A stretch of DNA of 63,906 nt, filler included, from Stramenopiles sp. TOSAG23-2 (Eukaryota), in NCBI GenBank assembly GCA_900128395.1. It is 3 parts of 3 records of this genome, joined end to end, with 100 filler letters (N's around TTAATTAATTAA, not from the genome) between each part and the next. Parts side by side here need not be neighbours in the genome. Positions count along the whole stretch, not along the records: positions 45,191 to 63,906 come from LT649600.1; 2 more parts are not named here. The stretch is one strand, 5' to 3'. This document shows positions 52,371 to 63,049 of this stretch, one piece after another. The position numbers and the translations under genes were made by a program. Below the pieces are notes generated by a model, which made no database searches, had not been told where the DNA came from, and was given only the letters and a program-made list of their open reading frames with translations. The stretch's first letter is position 1. Every line of letters starts with the position of its first letter.

Positions 52371-53828
52371 TATTTCTGAAGGTTTTTGATAGGTTTCGTT
52401 TATATACTTAGAGTCTATAATTCGGAGATTGTATACGCAAAGGTATAATGTCGAAATTGTTATTTAATTAATAAAGGGCATGTTGTATCAGAATATTCTT
52501 ATCAAATTCGGACATTTAAATGGTACAATAGCACTGGACAGTGGTGTGCACGGCCTAAAAACAAATGCGAAAACCCTACACTTGTTGATAGCCCCAAACC
52601 GTACTTGGAAATCCTCCACACAATGGGAATTATTCCGTCTGAAAACTTAGGTCGTTTTTTCCGAAACACGTTTTTACTGCGGTTATTTATAATCTCTAAC
52701 TCGCTTTTAGGAATCCTCATCTTTTAATGAACGCTATTCAATGCTACGAGACACGCCGAAAAAAAGACTTAGAAAAGAGGTTTTAGGCGGCTGTTCCGCT
52801 GCTGGAAAGGATGATTTTGAGAGAAATGGAAATTTAGTGCGCGGTAGCGTGAGAATCGATTTTGAGACTATCTGGCTGCTATTCACAACATAGAAATACT
52901 ATTACAGGAGCAAAATTAATTGATGTAGTTACAACAATACCTTAATAATCAGGATTTTTGCTGGGCTTTTTCTATTCGTTTGCATCACACAGCAATGCAA
53001 ACAGGAGAGTCCGAGCTGTTGGTATTTTTACACTGGTTTGTAGCCTCCGAACCTATGTTAAAAGGTATATTTATCGTAGTCTAATGGCCCACTTGGATTG
53101 GGACCTAAATAGGCAAATCCTTTACAAGTTGGGCAGTTTAGCGCACTAGAGATTTAAAAAATGAATAGTCAATAAACGGTGCATCCAACGAAAATTTCTT
53201 TTGCAAGCGTATCATTCTACAAATCATACATAAAATAAAGAAGTGCTATATAGTTGTATTACTAGAGCAAGAATCTACGGACGCATATCTAATCTTTTGT
53301 TTACGTGTATAGATATTTTTTTTATACAGTTGTTTCATCAAAGGTTTTTTGGGATCGCTGATCGTTGGACGGATATATATATATATATTAGGTCTTCGAT
53401 AGTGTTGATCTACTTTTATTTTAGCGGCTTTGGTTGTTTTGTTTGCCCATAGTTGTTTTCGGAAGTATAGTCGCCTTTCAAGCATTCGATTGTAATAACG
53501 CGCTTCTATTCTTTTGGAAACGCGCATAGCTATTGTTTTACGTGGTCGGTTGATTTTTTACAAAATTTTGTTTGGTATCGCTTCGATCGTGAAGCAAATA
53601 ATTTTTTTTAGTAGACTTCTTTTCGAACTGCTGATCTACTGTTTTATTGAGCAACTTTGTTGTTGTATTCGTGAGGTTGTGTTTGTACTGGATTGATTTT
53701 TAGTAATTGCAGTCACGAACTAGTTGCCACGGTTGTTGATTTTTTATTTCGACCCATAACAGTTAAAAAAATCTGTTACTGGCTACTACAGGAACGTTTT
53801 CAACGGCTGGCAAACGGTGACAAACGGT

Positions 53829-55625
53829 ATGACTCGCCAAGCGCTTGCTGTTGTTTGGTGCTGTTTTTTGCTGGTTGCTTCCGTGTATGCGGCGGAGTGG
53901 GATTGTGCGTCTAATGCTGTTGTTACTATTTATAATACTACCATAGATGGTAATTATGGTGGTATGTTTATATATTCCAGTAATGTAACAATGACAAATA
54001 CAATCATATGAAATAATCAAGTTTTTGCTGGTAGTGGAGGTGGCCTCTCTATATGGGGTGAAGATAGTAGTACAGTCATTCTCCGCCAATCATCATTTAT
54101 CAATAATGATGCAAAATATGGTACCAATAATGATCAAATTTATGGTAATGGTGATGAAATATATACAGAATACTCACCAACCATATCATTAATAAATACA
54201 TATTTCAACAATCCAAACTCCAAAAATGCAATCCATGTCACCAAATGTTTCTACGATTGCTGGCGGTGTCATTACAATTGTAAATGGCGAAAATTTTGGC
54301 TCAAGTTCAAATTCTTACATTACGTTTTCCGTTATTGATGTAAATGCAAATAAAGATATTGTATGGAAAGATATTAATTATGTTTCTCCAACTGAGATTA
54401 ATGTTACTTCCGTATTTGGTTTAGGCCAAAACTTGATTGTTCGCTTGATTGTGGATGGTATTGGTAGCACTTTCTTAAATATGTCAGAACAATTTAAATT
54501 CAGTTATTTAGATCCAAAAATCAATGACATAATTTCACCTCCATTGCTTGGAGGTACGTTATAAATCATCGGCGAATCATTTGCACCACAAGCGGAAAGT
54601 TTTACACAGATTTTCATCGTAGAAAATTGTCGTGAGAATTTATGCATTGAACTTGTAATAGTAAGTATATTCTCCGAATAAACCAAAAGTAGAAATCGTC
54701 TTTAACACGTCATTCTTTTTATACGCTACGCTCCAAAGGTATCTTCTGCTAAAATAACATGTCAATATATTGGATTGGATTAGCGAATGTTTGTACAAAT
54801 AAAACAGTTGTTGTACGCACACAATTTGAAAGTAACATTCGTAGTTCAAACGCACAACAATTGTGCTATAATGTAGATCGAGATGAAATATTAAATGTGC
54901 CTACATTAGAGCAAACAATAGAAGAAGTCGATGGCATTGTATCCTATTCTATATTGTTATCCCCAGCAGTTGTTCCGACAAAGGAGGTACGAAATAAAAT
55001 ACAAAGCAAAGCGTATGATTATCTCAACAACCAATTAGATATGCGAGAAGGATATCGATGTTTAACATCAACAACTGTAATTATTGTCACAGGAACCAAT
55101 CATGATATATCTCAATCTGTTATAGTCACACCCGAAGATAATAAAGTTGATGAAGGTACGTTAGAAACCATAGCATATAAATGCCGAGTATTTCATAGTA
55201 TAGAATCGTTAGATAAGCAATATGTAAGTAAATGTTATTCCTCTTTAATATCGTAGATATGCTCTCTAACACTTTCATACGCTACAATCCAAAACTAGAA
55301 TCAATCAAGATATTACGAATCAACGTTCTAAATGATGATAATGCTGATTTAAAGTTACAAATCGAAGATGAAGTAAATCCTAGTATGTTTGATCCAGATA
55401 AAGTAAAATCGATTGGTCCAATGTGTTTAACTGAAATGTCTAATGTTACGTATGGTATTACATTAAGTTCTGAACCAACAGAAAATGTTCAAGTATGCCA
55501 CCAATTACAAAATGTTTATACAGATTCACCATTGCAATTTCAAATATATCCAAATGGTCTGTACCCACGAATGAATGGACTACTGCACAAGAATGTGATC
55601 CGGAGGGAGAATATTTAAACACAAC
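53829..55625 (+). pseudogene. Decayed host-type cell-surface protein gene (signal peptide, beta-helix/Pmp-like repeats, IPT/TIG domains, further beta-rich domains)
   Basis: Signal peptide MTRQALAVVWCCFLLVASVYA. An in-frame TGA at 54009 is followed by NNQVFAGSGGGLSI...SFINNDA. A frameshift leads into IPT-like SMSPNVSTIAGGVITIVNGENFG...FSYLDPKI. Further stops occur at 54562 and 55254, with more frame changes. Confidence 0.7.
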
Positions 55626-55652
55626 ATGTGATTATCCATTCATAATTATTTT

Positions 55653-55925
55653 ATGCTTCTATTCGAAAAGAGGGTAGAGGGAGGTGCGTATCTGAAGGAT
55701 GAAGATTGGACACTTCCCTCCATTGTCAAACAGATTCGCTCCTCTGATGTATTCACTTCTCTTACAAGAAGGGACAAGTATAGCAAAGAATTGACTGCCG
55801 CGGCTATGAAGGAATTCTTCAAAACAAATGCGTTTTACAAAAAAGATGTGAACTACAGCAGCAGCATGAAGAAATTCTCATTAAAAGGATGGAGATTAGT
55901 TGTAGAAGGAGATGCTGATGAATAA
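55653..55925 (+). pseudogene. Protein-like fragment, possibly the C-terminal remnant of a viral-type helicase gene
   Basis: Coding-like stretch SDVFTSLTRRDK...KEFFKTNAFYKK...LKGWRL starts abruptly after the AT-rich pseudogene. The assignment is by impression only. Confidence 0.3.
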
Positions 55926-56273
55926 AAACAAATGTATATATTATGAAATATCAAATGTATATTAAAAAGTAATTTACGGGAAAAATTACAGGGTTTGGGT
56001 AAGCTCCCGTGTGGGGCAAAAGTCATCTGCCACCTGCCGGCAGTTGGCACTTGTAAAATCCCAAGAATCTCGAGCAAGCAAACCCTTGCATTTTTTCCCG
56101 TTTTCCCGCAAGTTTTTGGATGCTAAAATGAAGCAAACAATAGGAATAAAATTATGTATAGATTCGCTTAATTTTTATTTCGCACGCACCACCTGCGCCA
56201 GCACCGAACATGTTGGTTAATCCAATAGACGCAATGGGCGCAATGCACGCATATTGTCTCATAAAGGTTCGCA

Positions 56274-56744
56274 TTATACCTGTTCTTCTAGAATTTTCTC
56301 CAGTTGCCGTATCTCATTCTTCAATTTCGAATTTTCTTCGAAGATATTGAAAAAGGTATGGTTTTGTTCCAAATATTGATCGTGCAAAGTCAACCTTTTT
56401 CTGATAAGGCCTATGCTTTCTGTGAACTGATGATCCAACGTAATCAATCTCTGTATAATGTGCTCGCACGATAATTGCAAAGCAGCTTCTCTTTGCTCCA
56501 ATGCGTTCATTCTTTGGGTTAAAAAATTATCCATGGCAGCAACGGCGTGGAGTGTTTCCAAATCCGGCATAGGTCTTGACTGTGTTGCGCGGTGTCTGTT
56601 ATACTCTGTCATATGTTTGCAAGCTTTGTGCGAAGAATATAAAAAGGCCTTGCACGTACACGAGACAGGCCTCCCGTTCTCTACCACGAGATTGTATTCA
56701 ATGCTTGGGTTGGTTTCCGATTGTATTTTGATAATTGAATTCAT
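56274..56744 (-). CDS. SWIM zinc-finger protein with a C-terminal coiled coil
   Basis: SWIM pattern YxV...CxC-x9-CKH (YNLVVENGRPVSCTCKAFLYSSHKACKHM) followed by heptad-rich helices. Confidence 0.8.
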   Translation of the reverse strand: MNSIIKIQSETNPSIEYNLVVENGRPVSCTCKAFLYSSHKACKHMTEYNRHRATQSRPMPDLETLHAVAAMDNFLTQRMNALEQREAALQLSCEHIIQRLITLDHQFTESIGLIRKRLTLHDQYLEQNHTFFNIFEENSKLKNEIRQLEKILEEQV

Positions 56745-57284
56745 TTTTAAGTGTTGGTATCAATAGCTTTTTTCTTTTTTGATTATGTAAAAAGATATTT
56801 TGTATGTGTGTATATTTATTCATTCAAGTTTTTTTTAGATGAATAGAAAAGTATGGTTTAAAGAAGAAGAGTTGATCAAAGGTGATACTATCATGTCGTT
56901 ATTATTGGATCCTCATCAAGAAGAAAAAAAAGGGGGGATTGGATGCCTCCTTGTCTGCAAAGTCAAAATTAATGGATAGAAAGGCAACTTTAAGCCTATT
57001 ACATGGTAATAGATGCCGAAAAAATTAAACTATTTAAAAGAACTTTTTAAAATACTCTTGGCTGCAATTCAATGCTATCTCATAGTATGGTTGATCGGAT
57101 CCTTGCAATAATACTGCCACAAAACTAAAAGATCGTGTGTAACAAGTGTGCATGTATGAAAAGTGACATATGCAAAAAGAAGTGATATAACCAACATATC
57201 CATTTAGTCATCTACTATACATTGATTTATTTCTCATAATTACATGTTGCGATAAAAAAATAATTTTTTTTGTGTATTTTTACT

Positions 57285-59702
57285 ATGAGTTTTCTCTTCA
57301 ACTTGTTTAGTGGATCCCAACCTGCCGAAGAGGAAAGCGGCGAAGACTTGGACAGTAGTAGTGAAACTGAACAGGATCAAAGCGATAGCCAAGAAGTTCA
57401 TACAAGACCATCTGGCTCCACATTGACACATGAATGTATGAGGAAAGCAAAGAGACAGAAGAAAAATAATGTCGAAGATAACAGTCCAGTTATGAAAGGA
57501 TTCTCTATGCAACATACACAAGCACCTATACAACATATGCAAACGTGGCCTGTGAAAAGGTATGAACCGTCACTGGGCGTCCAAGAGCCATATACCAATA
57601 ACAAACCGGTTTCGCAACCAAACCAACCGTACAGTGACATCATGTCTCCTGTAAGAGGCCAGCAACATTATCCGATGAGCAATTTTATGCAAAATTCTAA
57701 TGCGCAAAATTCCAATGCGCAAAATTCCAACGCTTTCCCGCCACGAATGATGCAACAAGAAAGAAACGCAGCATATCTTTCTCCCCCAAGGTTCTCCAGA
57801 GAAACGCGACAAGTCTATGATCCAAGGTTGTCTAGTCCTAATCGATCGCAGGAACTGGCGTTGAACCCCTACCAATCTCCGCATTATCAATCAGAAAGCG
57901 TTCATTCAAGCTTTCCAATGTTCCACAAGATGGAGGAATCAAACTATCAAACCCCACGCCCTTCCCCGGCACGCGATAATAACTCAACAAGGTTGAACTA
58001 TCACAAAAAACCTGCATGGCCAGTGATAGACCGAGACCGCAACGAGTCAGACGAGTCTGGTGATTTTGCATCTAGTTCTCAAGCAAGTTTGGACAATGAA
58101 GAACAGGCAGAGAAGAACAATAAATGCGCCTTTTGTAAAATGGGAAAAGAGAGTGGCGAGCAAGTGCTTGGACCATATTCAAAAGTTGGCTCTTCAAGAA
58201 AATATTATGTTCATGAAACCTGCGCAAGATGGTGCCCTGATTTGAAAGAATTCTCTCAGTCTACTTTGTACCCACCACCACGAAGGTTTAACGTAGTGTT
58301 GATAAAAGCAATCACGCGTTCTAGTGCATTGAAATGTGCATATTGTAGAGAAAAGGGAGCCGGTATTGGATGCATTGATCACAAATGCAAACATTCCTAC
58401 CATCTACCATGCGCAGTGAAAGATGGTGCGGCCTTTGTTCGTATAGAGAATTTTTTACAGAAGCAAAAGATTGTACCCTTTCTCTGTGGCATTTATTGCC
58501 GAGATTGTAGCCCATTCCATCAGCACATTCCATCCACTCCAAATCACCCAATGAATGTGTACAAAATGCTGCAAAACAATCGGTTTAAACCAGAAGAAAT
58601 GAAAGAAATGGCACGCACATTGTTAATCGTGGATAAAGTGGTGAACGAACGCGAAGGAAAAAAAAAGAAGGAGGTGGAGGTAAAATTCTTTGGTGGAAAC
58701 TATTCACAGTGGGTGCAAGTGGAAGATGTTCCAGATTCATTACTTCGTCATCGTCATTCGAAGATGAAGAAAAGGTCTCCTTTGTACAATGCTACTTCAG
58801 AAGAAGACAACAACGAAGAAGAGGAAGAAGAAGAAGAGGAAGAAGAAGCCGACGAAGAAGTGTGTGATGTATGCAAGGGCGAAAAATCAACCAGTAGGAA
58901 TCCAATAATTTATTGCGATGGAAAAGGTTGTGAAGTAAGTGTCCATAAACGATGTTACGGTATTTCAAGCGTACCCAAAGGAAAGTGGTTGTGTTATCGC
59001 TGTGCTGCTCAAGCACCATTGAATACGAAATGCTCGCGCTGCAATTCCGCAAAAGCTAGTCAAGCAATGACATGCAAATTCTCCGAATGGGTACATGTTA
59101 CATGTCTGAACGAGGATAGGAAGTTTCAAGTGGCAAAAGGGTCCTCCTTTTCTTCTGTGAAAACTCGGCGTGCACTTCAAATGGCAAGAATAACACCTCG
59201 TGATAGGCAAGATATTTGGGAGATTATCCTTCGTGAAGAGACGCATGTAAAATGCCCTGTATGTAGAATCAACCACATCAAAAAGGAGGGTTCGTTTCAA
59301 TGTGCGCATATTGACGCAACAGCGAAGGGTAAAGGGAAAACTGCACAAGAGGAGATATGGAATATGATACCATCTTGTAGTAAATGCAATTTGACATGCA
59401 ATACAAAAAACTTGATTGATTTTATGGATAATTCTATCATGATGCGACCACACATTAAGCCACTCTTGTTTCTAAAGGTAAAATCCATTATACGTAGTCA
59501 AATGGATTGTTGCCCGTTAAGCATCAAAGAAATCCTCAGTGAGAAAAATTTTGTAACAGTAGTCGGAAAACTATACAACCCTAAAAAAATGTCTACAATC
59601 GCTCGCTTGTTGACACTATCGTCAGAGGAACACCATAATTTGTTTGTGGAACCGGACGAACCGGCACCAGTACACTTTTACAATAAATTTCTTAGCAAAT
59701 AG
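57285..59702 (+). CDS. Chromatin-reader/HNH nuclease fusion: disordered N-terminus, extended PHD, chromo-like domain, acidic tract, PHD with Zn-knuckle, HNH endonuclease
   Basis: ePHD: CAFC...VHETCARW...KCAYC..KGAGIGC...CKHSYHLPCA...YCRDC. Chromo-like: IVDKVVNER...EVEVKFFG..YSQW. PHD: CDVC...NPIIYCDGKGCEVSVHKRCYGI..VPKGKWLCYRC. HNH: RQDIW...CPVC...FQCAHI...WNMIPSCSKCN. Confidence 0.85.
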   Translation: MSFLFNLFSGSQPAEEESGEDLDSSSETEQDQSDSQEVHTRPSGSTLTHECMRKAKRQKKNNVEDNSPVMKGFSMQHTQAPIQHMQTWPVKRYEPSLGVQEPYTNNKPVSQPNQPYSDIMSPVRGQQHYPMSNFMQNSNAQNSNAQNSNAFPPRMMQQERNAAYLSPPRFSRETRQVYDPRLSSPNRSQELALNPYQSPHYQSESVHSSFPMFHKMEESNYQTPRPSPARDNNSTRLNYHKKPAWPVIDRDRNESDESGDFASSSQASLDNEEQAEKNNKCAFCKMGKESGEQVLGPYSKVGSSRKYYVHETCARWCPDLKEFSQSTLYPPPRRFNVVLIKAITRSSALKCAYCREKGAGIGCIDHKCKHSYHLPCAVKDGAAFVRIENFLQKQKIVPFLCGIYCRDCSPFHQHIPSTPNHPMNVYKMLQNNRFKPEEMKEMARTLLIVDKVVNEREGKKKKEVEVKFFGGNYSQWVQVEDVPDSLLRHRHSKMKKRSPLYNATSEEDNNEEEEEEEEEEEADEEVCDVCKGEKSTSRNPIIYCDGKGCEVSVHKRCYGISSVPKGKWLCYRCAAQAPLNTKCSRCNSAKASQAMTCKFSEWVHVTCLNEDRKFQVAKGSSFSSVKTRRALQMARITPRDRQDIWEIILREETHVKCPVCRINHIKKEGSFQCAHIDATAKGKGKTAQEEIWNMIPSCSKCNLTCNTKNLIDFMDNSIMMRPHIKPLLFLKVKSIIRSQMDCCPLSIKEILSEKNFVTVVGKLYNPKKMSTIARLLTLSSEEHHNLFVEPDEPAPVHFYNKFLSK

Positions 59703-60015
59703 ATTTGGGTCTATATTCAACCGTTGGTATAGATTGTAAATCGAGTTGATGCGCCTCGACCAGTGTAAATACCACCAAATCTTGACAATTATTGCTAGTG
59801 ATATGCACCGTAATAGTGTCACCATCTTTCTGCAACCGAATGGTAGAGTTACTGCCCAGTTGGGTCAGCAGAATCCTGTTAGCATGATAAGTGCCTAGTT
59901 TACAGAATCGTATAGCAAATGTAGCATTGTTAAAGGGAAGTTTCGCTTGGAGGCTCAAGTAGATAGTGTCGCTAGGAGTAATACGAGCAGTAAACATATG
60001 GTTTAAAATATCCAT
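59692..60015 (-). CDS. Small hypothetical beta-rich protein (107 aa)
   Basis: ATG at 60015. It fills the gap between two large ORFs and its end overlaps the PHD-HNH stop by 11 nt, which is virus-like packing. Confidence 0.45.
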   Translation of the reverse strand: MDILNHMFTARITPSDTIYLSLQAKLPFNNATFAIRFCKLGTYHANRILLTQLGSNSTIRLQKDGDTITVHITSNNCQDLVVFTLVEAHQLDLQSIPTVEYRPKSIC

Positions 60016-60067
60016 TGATGGAATATAAATTATATTTATAGTCAAAAAATATCTGAAAGCTATTCTT

Positions 60068-63049
60068 TTATACGGGCGCATTAGCATATTCATGGACACG
60101 TGGGTTTACTAATGCTTCGCCGTTTCGTTTGCTGCCACTCAAGCGTCTCATCAAGCGTCCACATAGTGAATCGTCGTTCTCCGAATCGTAGTCGGTTGCT
60201 TGCTTGAATTTTTCATTCCAACGTTGTTGCGCCACCTCCATTCTGTTGTCCCATTGTTGTTGGAGCGAGGTCAAATTGTATTTGCAAATAACACGATATA
60301 GTTCCCACACCAATTTAAACCAAAAGATTTGCGCATTCTGCTCCAATGTTGTCAATTTGCACATGTTCACAAATCTGTCTTCGTTAGCACCATTAGAGCC
60401 ATCGTATTCCGCAAAGTGTTTGTATTCTTTCTCCCACGAAGGAGGATGGCTTGGATGCGAGGACATGCGGTCAATAACATAATCTGTAAATTCGAAAAGA
60501 CTGGCTAACTTGCGAAGATTGCATTTGAAAGGCGTATAGCTTTTTTTCACAACGTTTCGAGACACGTGATTTTCTTTCATGCAAATCATCGCGATGTCTT
60601 CATTGATTTTATTCAAAATATCTCCAGAATGACAATTACCTTCCGCTTTTAGATAATCGTATATTTTAATCAATAAAATCGCTGAGCCGTATCTTCCAGC
60701 ATAATCGTATTCCAATTTACAATTCGCTCGAGCTGCAATTTTTAAATGCTCTGGAATTTCACCAGTGTAAACCATTGGGTCAACATTCCCAAACCATTTT
60801 TTTGGTAATACAATTTTACCTGTGCGCACGATGGTTTTCCATAATGTATCCATTTCGGTAATGGATTCTGAAACCCCAGGATTATTCCCTTTCCCTGTAT
60901 TTGGCAATTGCAAGGTATTTGGTGGACGCACCGCACATGTCATGGTTTTTAAAGGTAATTTCATCTCCTCACCATTAATAGTAAATCGAGCAGTCAATTG
61001 AGAAACCTTTTTGCTGTATACATCGTTCTTCCAAACGTTGAGTGCTTTTAAGTCGTTTGGTAAAAGCTGTTCTGGATTGGTTAAGCATTTAATGACTGCA
61101 TCATGTGGTGTATTTTCTGGTACAACAGGTGAAATGAACACTCTTGAACCATACTTGTAGTTTGGCGTTACGAGCGGAAACAGATGAATCTTCGTGCAGG
61201 TATAATTGGAACGGCCTTTTTTTGCACCTTTTGTGATGGCTATTCGTGGTTCTGTGTTGTTGTATAAGACTCGATGTCCAGTACAGTGCTCATATGCATC
61301 CACTAAATCGCAGCAAAAAGCATGCAAACCTTCTTTCTCACCTGTTTCATGGCCATTGATGATAAAATTAAAATCCGTTTTTTTCTTTTGTTTTTTGTCA
61401 TCATCCCGTCTCATTTTTGCCTCTTTTTTAATGATGCGAAATCGATTTCCATGCATTACAACAATGGATAATCCATAGTCAAATTTGGGCAATCCTTCTG
61501 GATAACTAGCTACGCCTGCCGTATCACCATTTGGATTAAACAATTGATAATCTTTTTGCGATTTTATATGAATTTGGATATTGTTCATTTTACGCATACT
61601 AAAACGACAAGAAAATTCGAGGGGAGTTTGCCATTGTGTAAATGTATGGGCATAAGGTGTGTCTTTTAATTGCATCTTCACATGATGAATCATGTCATAC
61701 ACATCTTCCAATGTGTTGCCAAGCAAAGAAGGTGCTTTGTATCGTGTACCAGCATTCTCTGCTTCTTCGTGTGCTACTACTAAGGCGGCAAAATAAAACC
61801 GAACCCACCTTGCACCTTCGTTCGTTTGAACAAGGTATTTAATGAATTTTCTTGGTGTCGTACCATGCAAACCTTTCATATGGCCGTTCATCGAATACAA
61901 ATAAATTAATTCTTTGTAAATGTTTCCAGATACCATATTGTTGTGAAATGTGTCGGTATTTTTTCGAATTTCGGCGAAGTTTTTTTGAAATTTGTGCGCG
62001 TTTTTCACCTCCTGATGGAATTGGAAATCGGTTCTTTTGTCGATGAGGCTCCCCAACGTAATGACGTCAGGCACTTTTGTTTGCATAATAGCGTTTACAA
62101 AATCTTGCTGCATTTTTAAACGTTTGTTTGGTTTTGCATTCTTCTTCTTTTCGATAGTTGCCCCTTTTTTTATTTTTCTCAATCGCACGGCATCGTGGCA
62201 ATGCTCAATTGCATTGTTTTTCGATTCGATATTGTAAAGGTAACATGCTGCTTTTAACCCATTGCCTATTTTACGCCCAGCAGTTGCTACCGATTCACCA
62301 GATAATGTGCCGTTGTTTATCATACAAAAATCTGTTTTAGGTGCAATGTTTTTCACCGTTTCCCATTGATTTGGAATATTCAACAATTTCGCACATTCTC
62401 TTGCTATGGATTCGTCATCATCTTTTTCTTCTTCTGTTTTAAATGCGGTTTTCAACTTGTGGAAGTAGCGAATGGTACGATTCAAGTGAATCAACGGCGC
62501 ATCGTTGTTTCTCAAGGTTTCTTTGCGTGTGTTCACAATAGACAAGATTTTGGATTTACAGCGCAAACCAGACCAAAACTTGGAGGATGTGTTGTCTTCT
62601 TTTGTATATATTAACCAGTCGATAAACGTATTTTGGTGTTTATCGTTTCTGGATAAATTATAGTTTTTCGATGCAGTAATTACTTCGGCGGCATAATCAC
62701 AGTGTTTTATATGATCCAAGATGGAAATAAATTCATCTATCGTATAAACGACAATACAACGAGTAGTGATGCCTTGATGTTTACATATCGCTTTGATTTC
62801 AGCATTCATTGCTTTGTGTGCAGGTGAATTATGTTTCATCTTTAACGTACGGGCTGCTTTGGTTATTAATGATTTTTCAAATTCCGTGTAATTGAAAGCC
62901 GATACCCAGATCTTGACATCTTTTACATAGTAAACTGATTTGAGAGGCGAACCTTTTCTCGCGTCTACGATCTGAACGCTCTCGTATTGTGTCGTTTCTC
63001 TTTGCAAAGGTTCTTCGAAGACTTTTTGATTGCCAATGAAACCAAACAT
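60068..63049 (-). CDS. Large orphan protein (~990 aa)
   Basis: Uninterrupted, high-complexity ORF. The likely start is MFGFIGNQ at 63049; the alternative is 63232. No family was recognised. Confidence 0.75.
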   Translation of the reverse strand: MFGFIGNQKVFEEPLQRETTQYESVQIVDARKGSPLKSVYYVKDVKIWVSAFNYTEFEKSLITKAARTLKMKHNSPAHKAMNAEIKAICKHQGITTRCIVVYTIDEFISILDHIKHCDYAAEVITASKNYNLSRNDKHQNTFIDWLIYTKEDNTSSKFWSGLRCKSKILSIVNTRKETLRNNDAPLIHLNRTIRYFHKLKTAFKTEEEKDDDESIARECAKLLNIPNQWETVKNIAPKTDFCMINNGTLSGESVATAGRKIGNGLKAACYLYNIESKNNAIEHCHDAVRLRKIKKGATIEKKKNAKPNKRLKMQQDFVNAIMQTKVPDVITLGSLIDKRTDFQFHQEVKNAHKFQKNFAEIRKNTDTFHNNMVSGNIYKELIYLYSMNGHMKGLHGTTPRKFIKYLVQTNEGARWVRFYFAALVVAHEEAENAGTRYKAPSLLGNTLEDVYDMIHHVKMQLKDTPYAHTFTQWQTPLEFSCRFSMRKMNNIQIHIKSQKDYQLFNPNGDTAGVASYPEGLPKFDYGLSIVVMHGNRFRIIKKEAKMRRDDDKKQKKKTDFNFIINGHETGEKEGLHAFCCDLVDAYEHCTGHRVLYNNTEPRIAITKGAKKGRSNYTCTKIHLFPLVTPNYKYGSRVFISPVVPENTPHDAVIKCLTNPEQLLPNDLKALNVWKNDVYSKKVSQLTARFTINGEEMKLPLKTMTCAVRPPNTLQLPNTGKGNNPGVSESITEMDTLWKTIVRTGKIVLPKKWFGNVDPMVYTGEIPEHLKIAARANCKLEYDYAGRYGSAILLIKIYDYLKAEGNCHSGDILNKINEDIAMICMKENHVSRNVVKKSYTPFKCNLRKLASLFEFTDYVIDRMSSHPSHPPSWEKEYKHFAEYDGSNGANEDRFVNMCKLTTLEQNAQIFWFKLVWELYRVICKYNLTSLQQQWDNRMEVAQQRWNEKFKQATDYDSENDDSLCGRLMRRLSGSKRNGEALVNPRVHEYANAPV

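Noticed and set aside
53240-53760. Weak internal similarity and short ORFs between the RING ORF and the pseudogene
   Set aside because: Too degenerate to support a coding or repeat call by eye.
54009-54011. In-frame TGA as recoding or an alternative genetic code
   Set aside because: The same region also has TAA/TAG stops and frameshifts, and intact genes end in TGA, so pseudogenisation is the simpler explanation.
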